A DNA stretch of 64,000 bases from Octopus sinensis (lineage: Eukaryota), in NCBI RefSeq assembly GCF_006345805.1, contig NC_042998.1:205468001-205532000 (forward strand). Reading direction: 5' to 3'. Below, one piece after another: positions 23,859-35,739 of this stretch. The translations under genes and the position numbers were made by a program. A model generated the notes under the pieces. It was not told the DNA's origin. It did not search any database and saw nothing but the letters and a program-made list of their open reading frames with translations. Within the stretch, counting starts at the first letter, position 1. Each line of letters begins with the position of its first letter.

Positions 23859-24140
23859 AAAAATGGGGAAGGCCAGTTTATGGGACCACCTTAGCTTTCC
23901 CGTCCATAAAGTGTTTAGCTTTATGGAGTATCTGTTGGCCCGTGACCTCTTAAAAATATGGAGGGGGAAATGCTTCACTCAAAGGTAACTGTACCTTTGA
24001 GTAGTGAGACGTTTCCCCCTCCATACTTTTAAGAGGTCACGGGCCAACAGGTTTTTGGGATCTGATGACACCCCATAAAGCTAAACCTTTTATAGACGGG
24101 AAACCTAAGGTAATCCCATAAACCGGCCTTCCCCCATTTT
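23859..24140 (+). mobile_element. Penelope-like fold-back element, family C
   Basis: Imperfect palindrome centred near 23990; the right arm is homologous to 59555-59685, which directly follows a GIY-YIG ORF end. Confidence 0.72.
24057..24117 (+). ncRNA. Type I hammerhead motif, family C (GUA triplet, eroded stem II base)
   Basis: GGGAT-CTGATGA-CACCCCATAAAGCTAAACCTTTTATAGACGG-GAAAC-CTAAG-GTA-ATCCC. Confidence 0.65.
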
Positions 24141-25155
24141 GAAAGCGAATTGCAGAAGGTCCTCAACTCACAGAAACAACTTCAGACCGGATTCCAAATG
24201 TAGCAGGAATGCTGGCACCGGTATTGCTGCGTAAGTCGACCATTTCGAAGGAGAGAATGTTAAAACTTTGGTAAATAAGTTATTTTTTTAATTAAACCTA
24301 ATTAGTCCGGGAACCTTTTGATACCAACTCGTAATACATAAAAACTTAAACATTGTAACAAAGTGGTTAACTTTGTTTTGTTTTGTTTTAGTTTTGAATT
24401 ACGGAGTTTGTTGTTATTTTTATTTTCTATTCCTATCAGCTTTGAAATATTTCATTTTCATATTCGCTGCTGTTGTTTTCTTGGGAAACTTCAAGTGAAA
24501 CTCTGCTTCTTTTATCAAAGAATAAATGTCTGAAATGATCTGAACGTTGTTGGTATTAGTTTAATTGTTAAATATTGAGACACGTAACTGTATACAGTTC
24601 ATTGTTTATCTTCATTTATAAAGTCTTTTAAAATATGGTCGATATTTTAAAAAATAATTTTACGCAAAAAAGTCACTTTCATCAGGCAGATTTTTTAATA
24701 AGAAATTTTTAATACCCGCCAAAACAGATGTGTTTTCCTGTGGTTGTTTCCGAGCAGGTTCGGGAATAACATTCATAAACATCACTTTCTATAAGGGTAT
24801 ATATACACATACAGATGCATTCATACACACACACACACACACATTGTCACGTGCACCATATACCACATCTGATGAACTTTTTTTTTTTTTAAATATCTCA
24901 AAATGTCACCTCGGGTCCTGTATGCAAAGTTGAGCCTTCTACGAGCGCACAAAATGTTTCATTTTAGAAAATACTATTTCCATTATTTCAATTTTTTTCT
25001 CTCTCTCTCTCTCTCCCGCTCTCTCTCTCCCCCCTCCCCTCCCCCTCTCTCTCTTTCTCTGTCTCTCTCTCTATATATATATCCACTTGCCTTAATAATC
25101 ATTTCATGTAAAGTTAGTGGTACCCGTTTCTAATGCAAACCATGAAAATAATGTG

Positions 25156-25761
25156 TTAATCGTAATAAATGGCATAAACACAAACCACAGCTGACAGCGA
25201 ATCATTGGAGAAGACGACGGCAATAGATCGATCCCGGTCCGGATCACTGAGACACCGGCTGCCAAAGATCAAATCATTGTTCGCACCTTTAGGATTGATC
25301 AATATTTCAACAATGATTTTGTATCGGAGAAAACCGAGAGATTTAATTTGGTTCCGTAGTTGGTCGCCAATATCTCTTGTCTTTAGTTTCCAATCTTTGT
25401 CGTTGTATTCCACGTTGGTCAGTTCTTCACACAGATATTCATAAACGGCGTTCTTTACCTTAGATTCGACGAATTTGCTGTCTGGGTGTGGGTCGATTCG
25501 ATAGGTGTTTTGTTGCCGGACCTTCGGCAGACATTCTATGTCACTGCTGGTAGCCATACTCAAACGATGAAAGCTGGACAAAGCCAATTGCTTGAACTGG
25601 AAAGATGAACGTCGGCGATGAGCGTTCGGGAAAACAGATGGTCGACGTTTCTGATTGGTTGCATTACTCCCATCTGTCGTTCCATCCGTGACATCAGACT
25701 TGACACTGGGACAAATGCGGACCTGACAAACAAAACGCAAATACAACGAATTGAAAAGCAT
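25156..25761 (-). CDS. TCTEX1D1: Tctex1-domain-containing protein (dynein light chain TCTEX1D1/DYNLT5-like), single coding exon
   Basis: 201-aa ORF with the QNTYRIDP motif followed by a full Tctex-1 fold (YKIIVEILI...GSRCLSDPDRDRSIAVVFSNDSLSAVVCVYAIYYD*) and N-terminal RRPS/RRRSS/RLS motifs typical of TCTEX1D1/D4. Exact orthology is uncertain, and the 5' end may be spliced (acceptor at 25723-25725). Confidence 0.9.
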   Translation of the reverse strand: MLFNSLYLRFVCQVRICPSVKSDVTDGTTDGSNATNQKRRPSVFPNAHRRRSSFQFKQLALSSFHRLSMATSSDIECLPKVRQQNTYRIDPHPDSKFVESKVKNAVYEYLCEELTNVEYNDKDWKLKTRDIGDQLRNQIKSLGFLRYKIIVEILINPKGANNDLIFGSRCLSDPDRDRSIAVVFSNDSLSAVVCVYAIYYD

Positions 25762-25784
25762 AAAAAACTTGAGTCAGAAGTTGG

Positions 25785-26125
25785 TGCTAATTAGTGTGTT
25801 AATTACTAGAGCGCTACTAATCAGTTGTGTTAATTAATTGAGCTGTACGAATCGGTTGTTAATTAATGTAGCCATACTAATTAGTTGTGTTAATTAATAG
25901 ATTTGTTTTACAGCGCTGTTTTATTCCATCGCTGACCGCCTGACCAACTGAGGCCCATGGGGCCAAAAGCAGTTATTGCATCGCTGTTTATTTACGAACC
26001 AACGAGGGAATCTCTACCGGGCTGCATGAATAATTAAATAGATAATTAAATTGAATAATTAAATAGATAATTAAATTGAATAATTAAATAGATAATTAAA
26101 TTGAATAATTAAATAGATAATTGAA
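25785..26125. repeat. TAATTA-rich minisatellites (units of about 30 bp at 25785-25900; 25-bp AATAATTAAATAGATAATTAAATTG units at 26027-26125)
   Basis: Tandem units directly visible. Confidence 0.8.
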
Positions 26126-26959
26126 TATAATTAAGCAAATAATGAGTGAATTTTCTGGAGTATAACACGTTTTTATTAAATTATGTTTAAATGTGTCGAA
26201 AAATTGTAGCTAGAGCGCCGGTGGAATTAAACTAAGAAATCTAATAATAAAAGCTTAACACTTTTCTTAAACGCAACTTTTTGTATTTGTATTTGCGGTG
26301 GCATTCGCCCCGGGGTGGACTGAGCCAGCTCCAACCAATGGAGTTCACCATGTCCCTAACGAATGCTGACCACATCCAACAGTCGGCGCTAATGTTTCAG
26401 AGCGGGCAAGGTAATGCTTCTGCCTTCGACCCAGAAATCCAGTTTGCAAATTTGACAAATGTCCCACAAAGAGAGCAAGCGTCGACATTCGTTGTCGAAG
26501 TGCAGAGTTCATGTTTGGAGTTTCAGTGGGAAAACATGAAAACGCAACTTCATCTGTGACACACTGACATTTGACCTCATAATAAGCGGTTTCAAGAAAT
26601 GTTTAGTAATAATTTGAATTTAATAGGAACTTGTTTTCGAGTTGTGTCTTTGACAAAGGAAAGATTAAAGAAGGCATCTTTGTGAATTCGGTATTGAGTT
26701 GACACGAACATAAATGTTCACATTCAAAGGCTTGCCAGTCCACTTCAGGGTTCCAGGGGACAAAATGGAAAAGGCGTTGCCATGTGTCTAATGCAGCCAT
26801 TATTACTGACAGGAGTCCAAGTGTTTTAGGTTAAGGAGCTGGATAAATCCGCAAGGCACAATAACTGTTACTAATACTAATAATAAGATATTGAAAACCA
26901 ACTAAAATATCAGTTTCTTAGCCTCCTTCCCTCCACTGCGTAACCGCCATTTGTTATGT

Positions 26960-27522
26960 GTGTTACATTATTTAATGGCTGGGTTGCATCCAAGGAACAT
27001 CTTGGAATTATCTAGAAAAATTATTTTAGAAAGATTAAAGGAACGTTAAATTTTATCCTCCTATCAGCTATTTCAGCTATTTGCAACAAGTGGATGACAA
27101 CAAAACCATAGTAGTGGTGAGCTAATCTGGTGAGCCACCCTGGTGGCCAATGATGGTGACACGAAAATTCATATAAAAAAATACGAGTTTTACATCTTGT
27201 ATGGGAATTATCTTGAACGAAAAATAAACAAATATACAATTGAGCTAAAAAAAACAAATAATAAAATTGATGTCGCTGCTCCCATCACATCGTTAATTTA
27301 CAATAAATTCATGGTTTTACACTTTGATTCAGTAAACTCTCACAGCATTGTAATTACGTGCACCGAATCGTACATTTTCCTCTGCAAACCACCTTAAAGT
27401 AGCCTTCAATAAGACTATAATAAAAATATACTAAAATTGTTTTTTTCCACAAACTATACTTGTAAAAAAGGGATGCATCTGATGCAAGGATGGTTCTTAT
27501 ACTCGGGTAAATAGGGTAAATT
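26960..27522 (-). mobile_element. Highly degraded Tc1/pogo-type DNA transposon remnant
   Basis: Minus-strand peptides FVQDN, HWPP..SPDL (frameshifted) and IIPRCSLDATQPLN; TACCCTATTTACCCGAGTATAAG resembles a pogo-type end. Weak. Confidence 0.3.
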
Positions 27523-27560
27523 TAAAACTAAGTCGATAATTAAATCTATAATTAAATAGA

Positions 27561-27591
<31 letters not shown>

Positions 27592-27594
27592 CGC

Positions 27595-27800
27595 CATGTT
27601 GATTCGTTAGCTACTGCACGCATTTTTTTTCTCTCCTTCTTTCTGTGTTTTTCTCTCTGTGTGTATCTTTCTGTTGAAGAGCGTAGGCTCGAAACGTTAA
27701 AGACTTGTTTTATTTATATTTCCTGAGCGCCATACTAATACAATTGTTCGTTTGTTTCCACCTGCCTTCGTCTTTTGTTTATTTTCATAAAGCTTCCCGT

Positions 27801-27837
<37 letters not shown>

Positions 27838-28085
27838 ATATATATATTATATTATATATATATATATATATATATAGATATATATATATATATATGTATG
27901 TTTGTATAGTGAGAATTTACAAAAAAATAAAAGACGAAGACGGGTGTGTAAACAACAAACAGATGTATCATTTTAATGCTCGGGAAGTGAGAAAGTCTTT
28001 TACTTTTCGAGCCTACGCTCTTCAGAAAGGAAGACAGAAATAACAGGGAGAGAAAATAAAAAAAGGATTAGTGGCTACAAGTGCG
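27595..28085. mobile_element. Inverted pair of diverged Penelope-like pLTRs around (TA)n, each with a hammerhead-like motif
   Basis: 27600-27800 (+) and 27905-28085 (-) share GAAGAGCGTAGGCTCGAAA and flanking sequence in opposite orientation. Confidence 0.6.
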
Positions 28086-28113
28086 GACTGAGAGAAACGA
28101 CAATAGGAAAAGC

Positions 28114-28223
<110 letters not shown>

Positions 28224-28449
28224 TATATATATATACATACATATATATATACATATATATATAATAGTTAAATTTATAAATAAATATACAATTAATAGTT
28301 AATAAGATAGGTAAAAAGATCATTAAATTTATAATTAATAGTTCAATTAAGTATATATGAATAATTAATTAGACATATAAATAAATAGATAATGATATAT
28401 AATTAAATGGTTAATTGAATATATAAATAAGCATTAATTTGAATATTTA

Positions 28450-29639
28450 TTAGGTTGGATAAGAAGACTTGTTGCATTTCAAGATGGAAAAGAAGCAAAG
28501 GTTTTTTTTTTGGGGGGGGGGTCTTAATTTAATCAACGTAATATTCAATCCATTAATATAGCATCGTGCCATCTCGTTGACAAATTGCCAATTCCTTGAA
28601 CATAAAATTCTTCAGGTTTTGAAACAAAGAAACAATATCGTCTTTAACCTCTTCACAATAAACTGCTTTCTCTCTAAATAAAGTTGCAATGATTTGAGAT
28701 GATAGTCAGATGTAGCAAGGTGAGAAGAGTAAGGAAGATCAGATTAAACTTTCGTATTTAGTCCTATAATCTATTCCTTGAGGAATATAAAATCTTGCAT
28801 TATTGTGTCACAGAATCCCTTCCTTATTTCTGACCAATGAAGAGTGCTTCTTCTGTAAATATTTGCACAATGCTTCCAACTGATGACAATATTTCTCTAC
28901 ATTTTTTTCGTTTGCTTTAACGCTTCCTCATAGACGAAACCCTTCATGTTCTTCCAAATACAAAGCATGACATTTTCTCGAGTTCTGGTCTGTGGAGAGA
29001 TTCTCTCTTTTCATTGGGTGAATATCATTTTTACTGGATATGGTTACAGAGAACCCACTTTCCATCACTTGTGCTGATTTTACCCAGAGAAAGTTCTATA
29101 GTAAGTCTTCTTTTCAATGACGAACAGATGGCAACTCTTTGATTAAGCCGAGAAGCATTGAGATGATGAGGAATTCATTGACCAAGTTTAGACACTTTTC
29201 TTAGTTCCTGGATGTGTTTTATGATCCAAGTGTCATCTGATATGAATTGTTTTGATAATTCTCAAGCGGTTTGCTCTGGATTTTCTTCCGCAACAATTTT
29301 CAGAAGCTCACTATCGACAGAACTTAATTGTCTATATCGAAGAGAATATGCGAGAGAAAAATTTTCTGAACATAAGTGGCCAAATCATCGCTGGAATGTG
29401 CAAACACTGAAATCATCAGTTCTATAGACAGAACGAATATTTCTGGCCCCTTCTATTGCTGAAGTTCCCCTTGTGAATTCATAGAGCATACAATGTCTGA
29501 TTTGGGTCGAATATAAATTTATTTCAAGAGAAAGTAATCGGCAGAGAAAGGAGGAAACATGCTTTTACTGTTTAGTATCGAAAAAATACTCTCCAAGAGA
29601 TCGCGTCAAAAATGTGACAGGACTTTCTTTTCAACCTAA
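28450..29639 (-). mobile_element. Full-length degraded mariner element (transposase pseudogene)
   Basis: TIRs TTAGGTTG(G/A)A.AAGAA...CATT with TA on both sides (28448-49, 29640-41). Minus strand encodes QIRHCMLYEF, KVSKLGQ*IPHHL, TSDGKWV, VMLCIW, *HNNAR, PYSSHLATSDYHL and EFYVQGIGNLSTRW. Confidence 0.92.
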
Positions 29640-30534
29640 TAAATTTATATAATTAAATCATCCATTAAATTGTTAATTAATTAAAATGTTACTTACTTGC
29701 TTCGTATTATTGGAAGGTGCAGTTTCTAAAGAGGACATGATTAATTTTAATTGATATACAACGATTGTCTTTGTCAAAAATAATTATTGTATGACCGTTC
29801 TATGACCGTTTTACGACCAATATTTTACTATTACATGTTTTCAGGATAGTTCAGTTAAAATGTAGATGTTTTGAGCCCTCTCTCTCTCTCAAGATCCTTC
29901 TATGATTTTCTTTTATTCTTATATATTCATATATATATATAATACATAATATATGTATATATGAAGCTATGTATGTATATGTATGTAAGGTGTGTGTCCT
30001 ATTTTCTGCTAATCTTTTTGATCTGTCTTTAATATGTCTTCTAATAATTAACCTTCAACTTCCTTTACATTTGCTTCTTCTCCTTTTATTCAATTCTAAT
30101 CGATGCCTGTTTATTCCCTGCAATATATTCTGCTACTGTTGACTTCGCTTTCGATTCCCGTGATTCTACTTGCCCCTTGTTATCCGTTATTCCTTATGTT
30201 CTTCGTCGATTTGAAAATAAATTCTTCAGAATTGAAGCGATCCTCCCCACCCACATCACCGCAAAGAATTGTCTCAGAATCTTTGTTCCACTCGATGTTT
30301 CTTGGCTTTACCATAATACGTCATTGTTTACAGTCTTTGTCAGTTATTCTTTATAATTCCACAAATTTTGGTTGTCTCTCATGAAATTAACTTAATCACC
30401 ATTTTATCCTAGAAAGAAAAATAAAACAAAAAAATTCAATAACACGAATGATATTAAGCATTTAAAGTTTCATAATTGCAATCAAGGACAAATAATGATA
30501 TTTAGATTTGTCATTAATTACATAATTATTGGCG

Positions 30535-30920
30535 AAGGCAGCGAGCTGACAGGATGATTAGCAAGCCTTTATGTTCTGAATTCAAATGCCGCTGAGGTCG
30601 ACTTGATTTTTCATCCTTTCAGAGTCTATAGAATTAGTACCAGTCATGTACTGGGGTCGATGTCACTGACTCATCCCTCCCCCCGAAATTGCTGACCTTG
30701 TACCAAAATTGGAAACTATTATTACGTTATTGGTGGAGCGTCGAACTAAATGGCTTGCGCTATTTGTTCCGGCTCTTAATATTCTGAGTTCAAAACCCGT
30801 CGAAGTCAACTTCGCATTTCATGCCTCAGGGGTTTAGAAAATAAAGTACCAGTTAACAACTAGGGTCAATGGCACCAACCCAATCTCACCCAAATTTCAG
30901 ATCTTGTCTTTGTTAGAAAC
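30535..30920 (+). mobile_element. Two tandem diverged SINE family B copies
   Basis: GTTCTGAATTCAAATGCCGCTGAGGTCGACTT and GTTCAAAACCCGTCGAAGTCAACTT, each followed by the central domain. Confidence 0.75.
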
Positions 30921-30983
30921 AGTGATGGCGTCTGAAGAGTGGAACCCTTCACCATTTTTATTGGAACTTCGACACTGGTAAGA

Positions 30984-31023
<40 letters not shown>

Positions 31024-31829
31024 CACCTGTCGTTTACTTGTTCGAAAATGGAGATGACCACGTTGTCAAAACGAACTTCTGTTCATGGGGGCAGCAACGA
31101 AATATCTCACTGTTTAAGTTTAGGAAAACACCCGGATCTTGCGAATGAAATGCATGTAAAACAAAAGCAAATGACAAAAGAAAAGAAAGAAAAAGAAAAT
31201 TCAAAGAACATTTACTATTAATATTATAGGGGGGGGGGTTGATGCCCAAAGAAACACTAGAAGTTAGAGAGTAAATGTTTTGGATATAGTCCTACGTTAG
31301 ATACTCAAGGAATGTCCGGGAGAAAATGGGCAGAGATGGAAGAGAAGAAAAGAGATAAAAGAGAAGAGAGTCAGGCTTACGTTGAGAGAGAGAGAAGGAG
31401 AAGGAAGAGAAGGAGAGAGAGATGCATAAATACGTACATGTATGTATGTACACACACACACACACACACACACATTTCAGGAAGTTAAAAGTTATGGCAA
31501 GGTATAGAGTGACCATTGGTTTTGCACCAATAAAGTGCTTAACGGTACAGGGGACTCGTCAAACTCAAATGGCTGAAGGCGAAACGAACGGCCACTCTAT
31601 GACGGGCGGCCATAACTTTTGACTTTCTAAAAAGAAACTACAAGCGTCAAGGCTCTCAAACTGTATTCAGGATAACATAATCAAACCTTTTTCCGACTCC
31701 AGTTTTTATTCAAAATATGAACAGGAATACATTTTACGAAAGAAAGACAAAGGGGAAAAAAAGGAGAAACAAAAGAAAGAAAAATATATCAATGCAGCAC
31801 CAAGTGTGGTCGCAAAGCACAAGGTTCAA

Positions 31830-33290
31830 CGGAACCTACTGTAGCCAGGCAGCACGATTGCAATATTACTACGGGCGATGGCGAGGCTAAGGCGTTGGAA
31901 CAGCTAAGCATTCTTCACCTCGGTGAAGCAAGCTGCCAACGATGACAAGAATTTCGCGATTAGTAACCTAGTCTCTCCAAACGTCTCAAACGTCACAGGC
32001 TGGAAGAGACGGTTCACTGCCAGGTCCCGATGCTTTAGGGTTCTGTCCCGTTCGGTTACGGAAGCAGTGACCTTCCCGTTTACCACAGCCTCCAGAATGT
32101 GGGAGGGAGCAAAAGAGTCTCAATCAGTGGCGTTCGTGATGAAGCACCTACCTCTTGCCCAGGGACAGAGGCTAAAACCATCTGCTCTCTTCCAATCACT
32201 TCAGAATAATCCCGCCGGCTCTAGATCTGAGGGGATATTAATCCGATCCAGGACCCGCTTAGTAAGTTTAGCTCGGTATGACGAGCGAAATGACCAGTAT
32301 TTCGACGGCGAGGCAAACCTGTGAGATTGAGGGGCCTACCACAGCGACAACTCAGTCCCCTACAGACGTCAGCTCCCACTCCGAGTGCGATGGAGATGCA
32401 GAAATCATCAAGACTGAGTAGACCTCCAATATTGGCCCCAGACAGGGCATCAATCCAATCCCCCGAGAATTTTGCACGAGCAGAAAGTAGGCGACGCCTG
32501 ATCAAGGAGGGAGTTGAAAGTGGCCCCTGAGTGCAGATTGTCTCATCCTCAACTGTAACAGGAACTAACGAACCCAGCTCTCTCCACTGTAACAGAGCTT
32601 CATCCATTTCCCTATTGGAACTAGACCATGTTGGAAACGAGATGTTGCCTACTAAAGGGGAGCAAGCGTGGGTGGAGGAAAGAAAAAAAACCTCCAAACC
32701 ATACTAATCGCAAGACTCTAAGGAGAGTCTGATATTGACCAAGTATTCGAGTTTCCTGACGATTAGGTCGTCAAAGCATTGGAGAGATGACGGGAATCTA
32801 TAGGAGAGACTAACTCTGAGAAAATACAATAACTTAGAAATCGACAAGTAATTCTTAAGTATCAAAAAACCTTGGTAGGACTCAATTACCTCATGATTTT
32901 TTAAAAACCTGTTCAAAGTTAGTGATTTTGGATCGAAAGATGGACTCGAAAGCTCGGTTAGTAATTAAGGCTCCAAGAGAGCACCACGTTGATGGAGGGA
33001 CCTCGACAGAGAGGAAGGAGTCTGTAAACAGGTTAACAGTCTGCTCATGTGAAGTTGGATGGTCGAGAAGCCAGAGCTCGCGTTTTGGAACTGTTAACGC
33101 TAAGGCCCCTACGACCAAGTTCCTCGATCATCATCCTTGCAGTTGCAAGGACCTTGTCGGGAGCCCCCCACCTCCAACAAGCATCTTCAAGATACCAGCA
33201 CAGCATGTAACATCAAGATGTTGTGATGACAATTTCATGATTGCAAATATTATATAGGGTGCAGCGTAGACACGGATGAAATTCCGCTCT
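31830..33290 (-). pseudogene. CRE-clade non-LTR retrotransposon, 5'-truncated (RT end plus restriction-like endonuclease)
   Basis: Minus-strand motifs in order: CWYLEDA, FLILKNYLSISKLLYFLR, RLLSARAKFSGDWIDAL, ISIALGVGADVCRGLSCRCG, HFARHTELN, TLKHRDLAVNRLFQPVTFETFG, LFQRLSLAIARSN. Confidence 0.8.
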
Positions 33291-33305
33291 CCCATTTATT
33301 ATATA

Positions 33306-33700
33306 CTAGCAGTATAACCCAGCCTTGCCCGGGATTAAGTTACGATTATTAAGCTAATCAAGTTCTTTATTTCAAACCAAACTAAAGTAATATATATTTC
33401 TTTACTACCCACAAGGGGCTAAACACAGAGAGGACAAACAAGGACAGACAAAGGAATTAAGTCGATTACATCGACCCCAGAGTGTAACTGGTACTTAATT
33501 TATCGACCCCGAAAGGATGAAAGGCAAAGTCGACCTCGGCGGAATTTGAACCCAGAACGTAACGGCAGACGAAATACGGATACGCATTTCGCCCGGTGTG
33601 CTAACGTTTCTGCCTGTTCGCCGCCTTAAAACTAAAGTAATATAGACGTCAAATTTGGGCGAAATCCGTTGAAATTAGTTATATTATATATAAATGTTAT
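33306..33700 (-). mobile_element. Helitron-like 3' segment interrupted by a SINE
   Basis: A|CTAGCAGTATAACCCAGCCTTGCCCGGG terminus on the minus strand. Confidence 0.5.
33395..33628 (-). mobile_element. SINE family B, full length with 16-bp TSD
   Basis: TSD AAACTAAAGTAATATA at 33379-33394 and 33629-33644. Confidence 0.92.
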
Positions 33701-34114
33701 ATATATATTATATATATTATATATATATAATATAATATAAATATATATGGGCAACAGATACGAACACACATACACACACGTACGTACGTACACCTATTGC
33801 ATGTTTTGTGCACGCATACATGTTCGTAAACAGAAATGAATGGGGAAAATGTTGTTGAATTTGTAGATTTAACACTCGCACGATTTTCACTGAGAAAAAA
33901 AAATCGGTTTTGGGGGGTTTTTGCGTGGAATCAACTACTCTGGCTTCAAAACCCTTTTTGTGGTCCGTGAAATGGAGTGGGGTGGAAGCCTCGCAAATTG
34001 TACTCATTTATATTGTGTAATTCACTGACAATTTGTTACTCACCTCTTTGTTTCTTTGTTGTTAAATTTAAATTTGGCTATGGTGGATCGAATCCAATTC
34101 ATACTTGCAAGATC

Positions 34115-34154
<40 letters not shown>

Positions 34155-34555
34155 AGGGTAAATAATTTTTTCGATGGTAATATAATTAGTAATTAGTAAT
34201 TGGAGGGAAAATTTACGGATTCAAGCGTCTACTTAGTTTTAGCCTATGCTCACTTTCCCCCCACTATTTGATGACGCCCGGTCAAAAGTGGAGGCTGGTG
34301 GCATTTGATAAATCTAACGAAGATGGTGCTGAAGAAAGACATAAGGCAATTTCTCGCCTACGATCTAGAAACATGTTCACCATTAACGGTAAGGCATTGT
34401 TTTCGTTTATTTACTCCTCCTATTTTGCGTATGTGAATTGCAGGGTTATGTCGTATATGGAGCCCCCACTTGTAGAAAATTGAAATAAACAGTCTCTGAC
34501 TGGTATTTCTAATTCTTTCGGTATGCGGCAGAGCAACCTATTGCCTGCCCTTTTA

Positions 34556-34604
<49 letters not shown>

Positions 34605-35369
34605 ATGAGCATAGCTCACCTAAACATTGCATTTTTGAAATTATTGTCGTAATGTGCAATTCCGTAACATGAAACACAAATGAAAATAGCTTTACGTGAG
34701 AAGATTCCACTTCACAGAAACATTTTCAGAAACAACTCTTCTGTCTGTTACACAGGAATGTCTGTACACGCCCCCACCCCCACCACACACACACACATCT
34801 GTAAAGCTATATAAGTGACTCGAGGTCCGAGAATTTCGTGCTCATCAAAACTTTCTGCTTACGGTCAGCCACCACTCCCCCCCCACTCACCACTCTCCTC
34901 ACCACTCTCCCCACCATCTCCCCCACTGACCCCTCAATCACTCCACCGCTTCAAACATGGCTACAAATCTTATTAATGCCTGACTCAAGATAAAATAGCC
35001 ACCCTTCGTCTTATTTTGTTATTCAAATCACCATTTCTATTTCTGTTCGGGAAAATCCGGTGAATTAACTTGTAGCTCCTTAACAACCGACACAGTCAAT
35101 GTTACTCTTTGGTTTTGTCTCTGCTGATTACATAAAAATCAATTAATCGATTGGGAATGCCCGGCCATTAATAACCTTTCTATTGGTGGAAGCTAAAATT
35201 ATCTTAGGATCGATGAAAATATTTTCTAAAACGGTGTTCGAGTTAAAGCCAAAGAAACCAAAGAATTGGCAGATGCAAAATAAATATGGTGATCGGGATT
35301 TTCTGTATTTAATAGATCGATATACCTCAATATAGATCAATATTGGTCGTAATATGTAAGATATTTGAT

Positions 35370-35580
35370 GCGGTAAAATGGCAGAATCATTAACAAGCGG
35401 AGCAAAATGCTTGGCAGCATTTCGTCCGTCTTTGCGTCTCGAGTTCAAATACCACCGAGATCGACTTTGCCTTTCATCCTTTCGGGGTCGGTAAATTAAG
35501 TACCAGCTGAGCATTGGTGTCGATGTAATCGATCTTCACCCTACCTCGAAACTGCTGGCCTTGTGCTAAAATTCGACACC
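35370..35580 (+). mobile_element. SINE family B
   Basis: TGGCAGAATC...GAGTTCAAATACC...GCCTTTCATCCTTTCGGGGTCGGTAAATTAAGTACCAG. Confidence 0.8.
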
Positions 35581-35739
35581 TATATGTAGGATATTTGATT
35601 GACCGTTTGAGGAAATCCATCCGAATGAGAGAAAATCAAGACAAGCGAGGTTATGTCCGATTTCGTTGCAGGAGGGAAACAAATGACAGAAATAAAAAGC
35701 AACTTGACATCGAGATCTGTGGTCACCATTATTTGATAT

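Noticed and set aside
26281-26800. ORFs 26281-26559(+) and 26603-26800(-) as exons
   Set aside because: No recognisable domain and no supported splice pattern; left unannotated.
34800-34975. TATA plus AP-1-like motif and a nearby ATG as a promoter/first exon
   Set aside because: The ATG frame stops after a few codons, and such motifs are common by chance.
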